A DNA stretch of 64,000 nucleotides from a virus: IMG/VR virus record IMGVR_UViG_2858362155_000007, positions 11,124 through 75,123 of that record. One strand, given 5' to 3'. The translations under genes were made by a program, and so were the position numbers. How positions within the stretch are numbered: position 1 is the stretch's first letter; each line of letters begins with the position of its first letter. Of this stretch, positions 28,734-38,255 are shown piece by piece. Under the pieces are notes generated by a model that did not search any database, had not been told where the DNA came from, and saw nothing but the letters and a program-made list of their open reading frames with translations.

Positions 28734-28780
28734 TCATGGGGTGTCAGGGGTCGTAGGTTCAAATCCTATCATGCCGACCA
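28734..28780 (+). repeat. att core: 3' half of tRNA-Pro(GGG)
   Basis: TCATGGGGTGTCAGGGGTCGTAGGTTCAAATCCTATCATGCCGACCA = anticodon loop, T arm, CCA; no 5' half upstream. Confidence 0.9.
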
Positions 28781-28792
28781 TTTTTATTTAAG

Positions 28793-28821
28793 AAAACCAA
28801 CCACTTACGGTTGGTTTTTTT
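28793..28821 (+). terminator. Terminator after tRNA fragment
   Basis: AAAACCAACC-actta-CGGTTGGTTTTTTT. Confidence 0.8.
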
Positions 28822-28838
28822 ATGTCTGGAATTTGCCA

Positions 28839-28870
28839 CTGGTAAAACTCTGGTAAAACTCTGGTAAAAC
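28839..28870 (+). repeat. CTGGTAAAACT x3 tandem (putative Int arm sites, phage 2)
   Basis: Three 11-bp tandem copies 60 bp from att core. Confidence 0.7.
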
Positions 28871-28930
28871 GACGACAAATCATCTCTCAAAATCACCCTT
28901 TCTTTCGCTCATAAAATTGCCCTTTTCTTC

Positions 28931-28978
28931 TTGCTATTCTATTCGTTACCTTATATAAATTACTGTATAAAAACACAG
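28931..28978 (+). promoter_or_regulatory. SOS promoter with LexA box
   Basis: TTGCTA-17-TATAAA; CTGTATAAAAACACAG at 28963-28978. Confidence 0.72.
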
Positions 28979-28994
28979 TGTAATAGGTGATGCC

Positions 28995-29270
28995 ATGATT
29001 AAGCTTGAAATCAATAATGCGGAATATATTGCTCAGTTAGAAGAAGCTCGTTTATCTGTAGATAACCCTCGTGGCTATCTGTTTATGGACATTGTCTTTT
29101 CTGATCCAAGGTTTGATAAGAATACGTTTGAAATGAAGAATGTTCGTAGGGAACCGATGAGGACGTATATGACGGAAGCTGTGGCAAGGGATTTGTTTGA
29201 GAAGTTGGAGAGGTATTGCAATCATAAAAATATGGTACTAACATCAAAAAACATAAAAAAACTTATGTAG
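28995..29270 (+). CDS. 91-aa hypothetical protein, probably LexA-controlled
   Basis: AGGTG RBS directly after SOS box. Confidence 0.75.
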   Translation: MIKLEINNAEYIAQLEEARLSVDNPRGYLFMDIVFSDPRFDKNTFEMKNVRREPMRTYMTEAVARDLFEKLERYCNHKNMVLTSKNIKKLM

Positions 29271-29373
29271 TTTGAGTAATTTAAAACCATCTTTCTCGCT
29301 TGTTACTTAGGAGTTTGTTAGTATCTATTTCCATTAAATTTTCTTTAGTGTTTAGATAAAAAGAGAGATTATA

Positions 29374-29925
29374 ATGGACTTAAAACAATGCGATAAAAAA
29401 CAATTAAAAGAAGAGTTTAATCGACTTACAGCATTAACAAGTTATAAATCAACAATGGGTGTTTTTGATATATTTACTAGATTACCTGAATTATTAAATA
29501 ATGATGAAACAGTTTTATGTGTTAATAGCGGAATCGTAAAATCTAATATTTGGTTGATTATACCTACAAATAAACGAATTATTTTTCTGCATAAAAAGAG
29601 TGGGCTTTTCCATAAAAAAGTTGATTTATCTTCAGTAAACTATGATGCAATTACTTCTATTGACTCATCTTCCGGATTGACAGGAGGTAAAATAAAAATA
29701 AATACTCCTGGTACTATTTATGAAATTGGTACACTACAAAAAAACTCAGTACAACCACTAGTTGATATTATCCTATCTAAAAAAAATAACTCTTCATCGC
29801 AATCTTCAAATAACAGTGGTGATGACTTGCTATCAAAATTAGAAAAATTAGGAAAACTAAAAGAAAGTGGCGTACTGACAGAAGAAGAGTTCCAAGAACA
29901 AAAAAGTAAATTACTTAATTTATAA
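29374..29925 (+). CDS. Bacterial PH domain + SHOCT protein (moron)
   Basis: TNKRIIF PH-like motif; LEKLGKLKESGVLTEEEFQEQKSKLL SHOCT. Confidence 0.85.
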   Translation: MDLKQCDKKQLKEEFNRLTALTSYKSTMGVFDIFTRLPELLNNDETVLCVNSGIVKSNIWLIIPTNKRIIFLHKKSGLFHKKVDLSSVNYDAITSIDSSSGLTGGKIKINTPGTIYEIGTLQKNSVQPLVDIILSKKNNSSSQSSNNSGDDLLSKLEKLGKLKESGVLTEEEFQEQKSKLLNL

Positions 29926-29939
29926 TATATAATAATACT

Positions 29940-29965
29940 AATGGGCACCAAAATTAGTGCCCATA
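29940..29965. terminator. Hairpin between convergent genes
   Basis: ATGGGCAC...GTGCCCAT. Confidence 0.55.
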
Positions 29966-30015
29966 TAATAAGTTATCTTTGAAATAAAAAATACAATAAT
30001 GTCCTGAAATTATTT

Positions 30016-31404
30016 TTATTCTAAGATCCAAATTTCGTTTAATGTCGCCCATTGTGCGCCTAACACTGTGAATCCTCGTCCATCTGGTTCAATAATAATA
30101 TCAACAAACCCTGTCGCACCCTGCCGAATATTAATAACGGTTTTAACTGCTCTAGGCGATACAAAACTAATTGTTGATTTATTTTCTTCAGCTAATGCAA
30201 ATTCACACAAACACCCCTTAATACTTTCATTTAGTTTTATTAATGTACCTTGGGGAGCGTTGCCATTCCAAATTTTACGCGCGTTTTTTAGTTTAATATC
30301 TCCAATGTTTATACTGACATCAGAACTCAATTGCTTACCATTAATCTTTCGTGTATTAGGTACATAGCTCCCTTTAGGCTGATACTTACCATCTGATTCT
30401 GATTTTGAATAGCTGTAACCAGAAGCTTGATAACTGCCTTTGGGTTGGTATTTACCGTCAGACTCTGCCTTAGTATACGATGCGCCTACTAGCGCATAAT
30501 TGCCAGCTGGTTGGTAATTTCCCTTAGGTTGATAACGCCCGTCACTTTCCGCTTTTGTGTAGCTACTTCCAGCCGTTGCATAGCTCCCTTTAGCTTGATA
30601 TCGACCATCCGATTCCGTCTTCGTATATGAAGCACCCACTAACGCGTAATTGCCTTTAGGCTGATAATTTCCCTTAGGTTGAAAAGCATCTGTAGAAGCT
30701 TTCTGGCTCATCACATGAACCGTTGACGTTCCCGTACTTTGAGCTACATTACCTTTATCAAATTTATTATTCAGTCCACTATTGAGCGCTGAGTTAGTCG
30801 CATAATCACCTGATGGCTGGTAACTCCCTTTCGCTTGATATCTGCCGTCACTTTCCGTTTTGGTATAACTATCCCCTTTATTGGCATAGTTCCCTGCTGG
30901 CGCATAATTACCCTTTGGCTGATATTTGGTGTCGGTTTCTGCCTTTGAGTAGCTATAACCAGATGGTGTGTAATTACCTAATGGTTGAAAGCGTTTATCG
31001 GATTCCCCTTTTGAATATGCGCCCACATCACTTGCTGTGGCATCCGCTTTCAACTCTGCCCATGCATTACCGGCAACCGGCTCAATATTGTTATTCTCAA
31101 CTTTAGACTGCCAGACTTTATTTTTATGATACACAATAGTGCGTATCGCATACGGCTTACCGGCTTCATCCCATTTTGGAAAACCAAATCGCTGAATTTC
31201 GCCAATCGCTTCTGTGATATCGTGAAATATCCCGTTCATTTTTTCACGTTCAATATCTTTCGCAGCAGGATCTGTGACTTGGTCACGCTCATAGTCGTAA
31301 CCATAACCTTGTGTATAAGACACTGAGCCGTCTGGTTGGATTTCTACGGGTATAGAAGCCTTATCCCCTTGTGTTGCAAAGGGGGTTTTAAAAATAGTTG
31401 TCAT
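30016..31404 (-). CDS. Tail fibre with internal repeats
   Basis: N-terminal PFATQGD...GYGYDYE domain; about 8 Y(S/T)KxESDGxYQ repeats. Confidence 0.88.
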   Translation of the reverse strand: MTTIFKTPFATQGDKASIPVEIQPDGSVSYTQGYGYDYERDQVTDPAAKDIEREKMNGIFHDITEAIGEIQRFGFPKWDEAGKPYAIRTIVYHKNKVWQSKVENNNIEPVAGNAWAELKADATASDVGAYSKGESDKRFQPLGNYTPSGYSYSKAETDTKYQPKGNYAPAGNYANKGDSYTKTESDGRYQAKGSYQPSGDYATNSALNSGLNNKFDKGNVAQSTGTSTVHVMSQKASTDAFQPKGNYQPKGNYALVGASYTKTESDGRYQAKGSYATAGSSYTKAESDGRYQPKGNYQPAGNYALVGASYTKAESDGKYQPKGSYQASGYSYSKSESDGKYQPKGSYVPNTRKINGKQLSSDVSINIGDIKLKNARKIWNGNAPQGTLIKLNESIKGCLCEFALAEENKSTISFVSPRAVKTVINIRQGATGFVDIIIEPDGRGFTVLGAQWATLNEIWILE

Positions 31405-31409
31405 AGGAA

Positions 31410-32066
31410 TTATGCTCCGAAGTTACTGCCTAAGAAGTTTTTACGATGTTGACCAACACCAAAGGCTTTTTTGGTCACAATGCGATATTTGACGCCAACA
31501 CCCGAAGGGCGTGGCATTAAGTCAAAGTTTTCGAGAAGAACCCGTAGACGTTCGTCAGGGTTAAAGTTAAAGACGTAATACATATAAGTCATATCTAGCG
31601 GATCAAGGACAAAAACTTTGCTGTCATCACGCCAAAAGAAACGTTTTAAAAACTCGTTAATATTGGTGACCGTGGGACTTTGTGTCAGATTAAAATAGCG
31701 CATTCGTACTAACATGCGTTTCTGTTCAACGGTCAGTGACAAGGTGTAATCCGCATTGCGTCGGAAGTTAGCTTTAAAATTGGCTTTCTTTTTACCAAAA
31801 CCAAACCCGACTTTATTTTTGTCGCTAGGTGGAATATCAATCCCTAACGGTACATCCAGAATGCGTGACCAAATCGACAACCCAAAGTCATTCGCCGTAT
31901 CGATATTAAACACATCTCGGTACCAGTTTTGCCAAAATGACACCATCTCATTTTCAAAATGAGAGGCCTTAAAACTGGCGAGTTTCTTTAAATTCTCTGC
32001 ATCTTCATACTGCCAGAGGATCGCTTTTAATAGGTCTGAATGAAACTCAAATTGTTGAACGTTCAT
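31410..32066 (-). CDS. Baseplate wedge subunit (DUF2612-like)
   Basis: FNIDTA..FGL..W; PRPSGV; synteny. Confidence 0.82.
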   Translation of the reverse strand: MNVQQFEFHSDLLKAILWQYEDAENLKKLASFKASHFENEMVSFWQNWYRDVFNIDTANDFGLSIWSRILDVPLGIDIPPSDKNKVGFGFGKKKANFKANFRRNADYTLSLTVEQKRMLVRMRYFNLTQSPTVTNINEFLKRFFWRDDSKVFVLDPLDMTYMYYVFNFNPDERLRVLLENFDLMPRPSGVGVKYRIVTKKAFGVGQHRKNFLGSNFGA

Positions 32067-33250
32067 ATAATCACCACTTGCACAGCACCCCGTTGCAAGC
32101 GTGCGATTTGATTAATGGCAATCGGAATTAATGCAACATTCCACACTTTCCCATCCAGTGACAATTCAACTTTAGTCACGAACAGACGAGGCTCAACAGT
32201 ATTCACCGCAGACGCTATCTCAAAAGGCGATACTTCACGTCCAACAATCAAACCGTTATCGCCGTCCAACTCTCCACGCGTCCATTGTTCTATGGCACTG
32301 GGGATAATAGTTTGCGCATCAACGGCTGATTTTTTAACTGTCACTCGACAAAAAACGGTGATCTCTTTAGGGCGTGAAAATTTCACTTTATATTCTTGTC
32401 CACTCACTGGCTCTATAACACCGATTTCAATCTCGCCATTAAAAGCGGATCCAATGGTTTTGGTTCTCAGCAATGATTTAGCAATTTCGTTACTATCGCC
32501 CCCTTCAACACAAACGTAAATGCTGTGAGGCAATAGAGAAATTCCATCAATAGTGAGCACCGCATCGGTGTAGTTCTCTCGAAAAGACAGTGAATTAACG
32601 CCCTCTAATTCATACAGTGACGAGGTGATCGCTTCTGCAACACTGACGGTATTTTTAGCCAAAGTTTGCTTACGTCGTCGCCTTGCTTTGATATCAGATT
32701 CAGCATAACGGCCAACAACCGCATGAGTGGGATTATTGACTTTCTCCCAACCTAATACTGAGCTAGCCACAGAATTAAGTTGGCCAGCTCCGCATTCAAC
32801 AGGACCATATTCAACCGCCCTCATATCCCCTGTTACTTTGCCAGTATTATCAATAATCAAGGGTGAAACTGTTTCGAACATGGCACCGGCAACACTAGAC
32901 GCTAATGAGCCTTTAGGAATAATGGTGCCAGGTACGCCACTAAATTCAACGCTGGAAAGATAAGAGTGAGTGGCATTAATGCGTTGGCCACCCATTAGCG
33001 CCCATATTGCATCAAGAAAAACGCCACCCGCAATATCGGGATTGATTTGATTTGCTAACTCGGCATTGTTTCTCACCATTGCATCACGGTTTTCAACTTC
33101 CATCGTCGCTAATGCCCCTTGCGGTGTTTCAGGGGCAAGGTTAATCGATTGACCAAACACCGCACGAAACTCGCTTTCGACTTCATCACGTATTGTGGCC
33201 GTGTCGGGAAGAATAACGCCTTTATTATTGATATAACGATAATCAGCCAT
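32063..33250 (-). CDS. Baseplate J-like protein
   Basis: AGGVFLDA, G...ESD...R.RR motifs. Confidence 0.88.
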   Translation of the reverse strand: MADYRYINNKGVILPDTATIRDEVESEFRAVFGQSINLAPETPQGALATMEVENRDAMVRNNAELANQINPDIAGGVFLDAIWALMGGQRINATHSYLSSVEFSGVPGTIIPKGSLASSVAGAMFETVSPLIIDNTGKVTGDMRAVEYGPVECGAGQLNSVASSVLGWEKVNNPTHAVVGRYAESDIKARRRRKQTLAKNTVSVAEAITSSLYELEGVNSLSFRENYTDAVLTIDGISLLPHSIYVCVEGGDSNEIAKSLLRTKTIGSAFNGEIEIGVIEPVSGQEYKVKFSRPKEITVFCRVTVKKSAVDAQTIIPSAIEQWTRGELDGDNGLIVGREVSPFEIASAVNTVEPRLFVTKVELSLDGKVWNVALIPIAINQIARLQRGAVQVVII

Positions 33251-33587
33251 TCAGTGTAAACCCTCCGTATATCGTGCGAATTGTTGCTTGATACTTCAAT
33301 TCACCGTTTTCCACTGTGGCGCTAAAATGCGTTACTTCAACCACCTCTTCAATTTCGCTCATACGTTGTCTAAATGCCGTTTCAAACATCGGGATATCAG
33401 CTTGGCGACCAAAGGTTGTTGGCCAGAACGGAATACCTTTATCTTTTTTATGTAACATTTCACCACGCACAGCCTTGGCAAAATGCTGACAAAGGTTTTT
33501 AACCGCATCGTCTTTTTCGCTGAATTGGAGGTTTCCATCAGGGCCGATAAAGAGATCATTATTTTTATCGATTGAAAATGTTCTCAT
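33243..33587 (-). CDS. Baseplate wedge/sheath initiator (gp25-like)
   Basis: RGEM....KGIPF; TIYG end; synteny. Confidence 0.75.
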   Translation of the reverse strand: MRTFSIDKNNDLFIGPDGNLQFSEKDDAVKNLCQHFAKAVRGEMLHKKDKGIPFWPTTFGRQADIPMFETAFRQRMSEIEEVVEVTHFSATVENGELKYQATIRTIYGGFTLNG

Positions 33588-34276
33588 AGAGGCGCTCCTG
33601 TATTTCCATGACCGGTTTCAACACCACTGTGTTGATGCGTAGAACCGATATCTTTTCCATTGTGTTTCATCGTGCCACCGTTAGAATCACTATTACCATT
33701 TACCGCGTAATTACCATTTACCGTGACATTGCCAGTAAATATAGTTTCAAGGGCGTTGATTTCATATTTTGGCGTTTCTAGCACCACTTTATCGTTATGC
33801 AGAGAGAAACAAACTGAGCCATCCATTGATTGGATCACCAAAGCATCAATGTTTTTTCCATCAATGACCCAACCTTTGATGGTGTCAGGAAAAAACATCG
33901 CATCACTAAATGAATGCAGACGTGCTGTATTAGGTTGATCCTCCAATCCTCCACGCTGAAATATCAGGCTAATGTCTCTGTCATTGGCTTTTATCCAACC
34001 GAAATCACCCGGCTTAATGGGTGCGCGAATAAAGAAACCGCCTCCCCCAAATCTAAAAACGGGAATGTTGGCCAATGGTGCTCGCCCGACTGTTCCCCCT
34101 TCCGTTGTTACCATCATCACCAGTGGTTTGATAACAGCACGATTGGTTTTATCGTCATAACTGACTACTGTTGCAGGGAGCATGTCCTCTGTATTCATCA
34201 TCAGGTTACGAAATGCAGACGATAGCGCACCTGCCAGCGAACCATCACTGGCAATATCAGTATTGGGTTTATTCAT
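33584..34276 (-). CDS. Baseplate spike protein (gp138-like)
   Basis: C-terminal HQHSG metal-binding motif, beta-helix. Confidence 0.88.
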   Translation of the reverse strand: MNKPNTDIASDGSLAGALSSAFRNLMMNTEDMLPATVVSYDDKTNRAVIKPLVMMVTTEGGTVGRAPLANIPVFRFGGGGFFIRAPIKPGDFGWIKANDRDISLIFQRGGLEDQPNTARLHSFSDAMFFPDTIKGWVIDGKNIDALVIQSMDGSVCFSLHNDKVVLETPKYEINALETIFTGNVTVNGNYAVNGNSDSNGGTMKHNGKDIGSTHQHSGVETGHGNTGAPL

Positions 34277-34278
34277 GG

Positions 34279-35097
34279 TTATGCTCGTTTACAGGTAGCC
34301 TGATAAAAGAAAGGATCATCATGTGAAGCAACATCGAATTTCAGTTGTTCAATGATGTAGTCACCATTAAGTGCGGAATTGAATTTACTCTCAAGTCGTA
34401 GCATTCCCCCTAGTTCTGAAGCGCCATCAATTAAGTAGGTAACGGACAACCCTTTTTCGGTGGCTTTCGGTATACCCACCATGCCTGATTTCATGCTAAG
34501 AATGCGCAGACGACCTTTTAAGGCTTGGTTATCATCTTTGACAAATAACGTATCATCATCAATAAAGGCTTTAACGTTTCCTGCTTCCTGCAGTCGTTGT
34601 ACTTGCTGTAACGCTGAACCGCAAAAATACCAATTGGCAATATTCTTATCGGTGGCTTGAAAGTCCAATCTAACCTTGCAATCCTTAGCTACTGATGAAG
34701 CGATCTCGCTCATTTTCTGCATGGCGCCACCACTGGAAGAAACAATATCACCTGAACTGGCATTATTAGTTTTGGCTTTAATGGTTAACGTAACATCAGG
34801 AGGCGAGGCAATTTCTGCACTGACAATATCACCGGTAAAGATACGAAATAATCCGGTATTGACGCGTCCTACTTCAAGGTAAAGACGGCGAGTTTGTTTG
34901 CTTTTATGATAAGGGCTAGTTTCAGTGAGAAGATAATCTCGAGTGTGGGCATTCAATCCATCAATGCTAACTGTGCATTCATTTTGTAAAGGGTTTGCGT
35001 ACTTGGTGCCGTTAGCTTTAATCCGCAATCCTTCATACCACTGCAGTCGTTCTGCGACTTCAATCCCCACCCGTATTCGTCGTAAGTCCATCATCAC
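34279..35097 (-). CDS. Baseplate hub protein
   Basis: IFTGDI, GMVGIP; synteny. Confidence 0.78.
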   Translation of the reverse strand: MMMDLRRIRVGIEVAERLQWYEGLRIKANGTKYANPLQNECTVSIDGLNAHTRDYLLTETSPYHKSKQTRRLYLEVGRVNTGLFRIFTGDIVSAEIASPPDVTLTIKAKTNNASSGDIVSSSGGAMQKMSEIASSVAKDCKVRLDFQATDKNIANWYFCGSALQQVQRLQEAGNVKAFIDDDTLFVKDDNQALKGRLRILSMKSGMVGIPKATEKGLSVTYLIDGASELGGMLRLESKFNSALNGDYIIEQLKFDVASHDDPFFYQATCKRA

Positions 35098-35377
35098 TCC
35101 AAATAATTAATGATTGGGTTCTATCAAATGATTCATACCAGGGCAGATCATCATTTTCTGTTATAAACGCTAAATTTGTACCATCAGTCAGGTAGCGATA
35201 AGGAATAATGGGTGTATTTGCCACCGCACGCATGCCTACGGCGATAACCTCACTTTCTCGTTCAATATCGAGATACATCGCATGGCGACCGGCTTTTATT
35301 GTCAGCGTCCAATTAACACCTTCCAAATTGACGGATAAGCGTTGGTTTGGAATAGCTTTTAAGGGTATGACTTTCAT
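35060..35377 (-). CDS. Baseplate small protein
   Basis: IPLKAIPNQ; synteny. Confidence 0.72.
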   Translation of the reverse strand: MKVIPLKAIPNQRLSVNLEGVNWTLTIKAGRHAMYLDIERESEVIAVGMRAVANTPIIPYRYLTDGTNLAFITENDDLPWYESFDRTQSLIIWSDDGLTTNTGGD

Positions 35378-35904
35378 TAGAAGCTCCAATCCCCATCTGC
35401 GATACGTGTTGCGACCGAACCTTTTTTCTTAGTCTCAGTATCGGCGTCTTTTGTTTGCACATTTCCCCTATTTACCGTTGATGACTGCGTTGGCTTTTGA
35501 GTGGCTCGAGGCGGTAAATCTCCGTATTCAGGCTCAACGGTGCGCCACTCAACAAACCGTAGCGACAGTTTTATCGCATCTATCATGTCGGGTATTTCAT
35601 CATGATTAAAACCCGTTAATAACATCGGTTGATAGGTTTTTACTCGGGTTTGAATACCAACAAGTTTGTGTTCATCAAAAGCTTGTTGCATCGATGAGAA
35701 GATGTTTTTCATCTCCCCTGTTAATAGCAAATCTATACCAATTTCAACGGGGTTAATAATCACATGGTCACTGCGAGTTTCACCGCTTTCAACTTGAAAT
35801 TGAGTGGCCTTATGCTCATCTCTTACATTGATTTGAATCGGACTCACGCTATCAAACAGTGTAGAAAACGACGCTAAATCAAAAATTTTGACCTCTGTGA
35901 TCAT
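35377..35904 (-). CDS. Tail tube initiator / Dit-like protein
   Basis: VESGETRSDH motif, after TMP. Confidence 0.72.
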   Translation of the reverse strand: MITEVKIFDLASFSTLFDSVSPIQINVRDEHKATQFQVESGETRSDHVIINPVEIGIDLLLTGEMKNIFSSMQQAFDEHKLVGIQTRVKTYQPMLLTGFNHDEIPDMIDAIKLSLRFVEWRTVEPEYGDLPPRATQKPTQSSTVNRGNVQTKDADTETKKKGSVATRIADGDWSF

Positions 35905-38252
35905 TTTGCTACCCCCGTTGAGTTTTGCTGATTGAAATCGGCGAGTTGATCTTGCAATGCATCCTTTACGCCCGATGCCATACCCTGCGCATCTGTGGCT
36001 TGAGTTTCAACCTTAATTTCTCCAATACTTACGTTACTTTCATTCTTCACATTGGATTGATTGCTAATAGCTTGGCTGGTAATAGGATTCATTGCATCAT
36101 GGCTTGCCATCATTAAACGTTTATTCGCCTCCTCAACATCCGCTATAATTTTTGATGCGTCTAGTCCATTGTCTAATTGCTTCTTGAGTTCAATAATTTC
36201 CTTATCAATTTCTGATGTATCTATTCCTGCACTTGCTACCTGATTACGTTTTGCCGATAAGGCGCTTAAATAATTACTCGCATCATCAGAGGTAATTTTA
36301 ATTTCAGCTTCATCACCACCAAAACCAAAAAACTCTTTGGCGGATTTCCAACCATTTTTAACCGCATTAAGTCCTGTATTTACCCAACCAATAATTTTTT
36401 CGACTTGCTCCCACATCCATTCAAACGCGCTCACAACGGCATCACTGACTGTATTAAATACGCCTGTAAAGGATTTACCCCAACCCGCAATCACTGAAAT
36501 ACAACTCAGCAAATACTTAACATAAGCTTTTAAGCCTGATGCCATTAGATCCCAACCGGCGACAACAATATCTGCCACAACACCAACGATAACTTTTAGA
36601 TATTCAAAGAGCTTTTTGAATGTTTCCCATAGTGCAAGAATAACGACTTTTAATCGCGGGTATTTTTCAAGAATACGACCTATCATTGAATCGTTGCCGT
36701 CGATAAAGTTCATGATATCGTCATAAACAATTGCAAAAGCTGCCGCTAATAGGGCAATAACAGCGATAATGGCAATAATAGGAAAAAGCGTAGTCCATGT
36801 GCTAATACTGGCCAACTTCATAGCATAGATATATTTCCCCAGCAAAATAGTTGCAACAGCAGTAAAGAAACCGACTACAAGGTGCTTGTTTTCCTTACAA
36901 AAAGTGACTAATTTTGTTAACCACTCTAATCCTTTAGATAAAGCGGGGATCACCATTTCTAAAAAACTATTCTTCAACAACCCTGATGATTGTTGAAATT
37001 TTGCCATAGCACTATTAAATTTAATTGAGCTTTCAATACTCTCCTTGCTAATGCCTGAATACTCTTTTTGAATACCCATTGTGCGCTCTAATTCTTTGCG
37101 CCCTTTCATCATTAATTCAATGGTTTTTTCGTCCGATACCCCCATGCCTTCCAGTGTTTTCTTTGCTTTATCAAAGCTCATGCCTTGAACTTTATCCGCG
37201 GTTTGAAGTACCTTTTCCATTGAGTCTTTCGTATTACCGAACGATTTCGCCATTGCGGATAAATCGGCTTGTGCAGACTCTCTAGAACCACCTAACTCAG
37301 CGATCGCACCAGAAAACGCATCAACGTCTGCAGTCGCAACGCCGATTTGTTTACCCAGCTTGTCCAGCGTTTCAATTTCTTGAGAACGAGAAACAGATTC
37401 AGCAAAAATAGTGCCAATACTCATCACAATACCGACAGCGCCAAGTGCTTTTTTCGCAAATCCTGCAACAGAACTTCCGGCCTCTTGATATTTAGAGCCG
37501 GTTTCTGAAAGTTCTTTTTGTAGATGCTCTTGGGCCTTAGCTTCGTCAATCGCTGTCTTTATACCTTTTGTCCGCATCGTTTCAATAAATTGCGTATAAT
37601 CGGCATTTAATGCGGTAACAATGGCATCAATGACCTCTTTACCTTCACGGTTCTTTTTCTCTGCATCAGTGAGCGACACCAATTCATTATTGAGAAGGGA
37701 TAACTCATCTTGCATCTGTTGATATTGGGCATTGAGCGTTTCAGATGAAACACTGCTTTCATTAATGCCTTGTGACAGTTCGCTACGTTGGATATCAAGC
37801 AAGTTCATTGATGACTTTAGTTCATCAATTTTAGCGGTGACTGAGGCTATTTTTTCTTGTGTATCACCTGCCTCAACCTCGATATTTATCGCCTTCCCTG
37901 CTGATAACTGTTCAATACTGGCAATCACACTTTGAATAAAGTCATTCACCGATTGCGAATTGTCCGTCGCACTTTCTTTAATGCGATCTATCTCCGCAAT
38001 CAGGTTATCGGCAACTCCGGATGTGTCACTATTAACATGAATATCGACTGAGTTTGATGATAACTCTGTCAATTGTGCGGATAGATTTTGAATAAATTGC
38101 GTAAACCCATCAGCTCCCATCGTTGCCGATTGTTGCGCCTTTTTCATCTCAGCGATAATGTCATCGGTCGATTTACTCACCCGATTAAACGCATCATCGG
38201 CTTGGCGAGTATCAAATTCGAATACTTGAACAAAAGTATCTAGCAAAGCCAT
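35901..38252 (-). CDS. Tail tape measure protein
   Basis: 783 aa helical/coiled coil with TM region, after chaperones. Confidence 0.88.
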   Translation of the reverse strand: MALLDTFVQVFEFDTRQADDAFNRVSKSTDDIIAEMKKAQQSATMGADGFTQFIQNLSAQLTELSSNSVDIHVNSDTSGVADNLIAEIDRIKESATDNSQSVNDFIQSVIASIEQLSAGKAINIEVEAGDTQEKIASVTAKIDELKSSMNLLDIQRSELSQGINESSVSSETLNAQYQQMQDELSLLNNELVSLTDAEKKNREGKEVIDAIVTALNADYTQFIETMRTKGIKTAIDEAKAQEHLQKELSETGSKYQEAGSSVAGFAKKALGAVGIVMSIGTIFAESVSRSQEIETLDKLGKQIGVATADVDAFSGAIAELGGSRESAQADLSAMAKSFGNTKDSMEKVLQTADKVQGMSFDKAKKTLEGMGVSDEKTIELMMKGRKELERTMGIQKEYSGISKESIESSIKFNSAMAKFQQSSGLLKNSFLEMVIPALSKGLEWLTKLVTFCKENKHLVVGFFTAVATILLGKYIYAMKLASISTWTTLFPIIAIIAVIALLAAAFAIVYDDIMNFIDGNDSMIGRILEKYPRLKVVILALWETFKKLFEYLKVIVGVVADIVVAGWDLMASGLKAYVKYLLSCISVIAGWGKSFTGVFNTVSDAVVSAFEWMWEQVEKIIGWVNTGLNAVKNGWKSAKEFFGFGGDEAEIKITSDDASNYLSALSAKRNQVASAGIDTSEIDKEIIELKKQLDNGLDASKIIADVEEANKRLMMASHDAMNPITSQAISNQSNVKNESNVSIGEIKVETQATDAQGMASGVKDALQDQLADFNQQNSTGVAK

Positions 38253-38255
38253 AAG

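Larger units (their letters stand above)
1..28780. mobile_element. Prophage 1: HK97/SfV-like cos siphophage (left end outside window)
   Basis: Lambdoid gene order from tape measure to integrase, ending at a tRNA-Pro 3' fragment (attR). Confidence 0.95.

Noticed and set aside
28700..28780. Intact tRNA-Pro gene
   Set aside because: Only the anticodon-to-CCA half is present; upstream sequence is AT-rich with no acceptor 5' strand or D arm
28839..28870. CRISPR array
   Set aside because: Spacerless 11-bp tandem repeat and no cas genes; I saw no CRISPR array in the window
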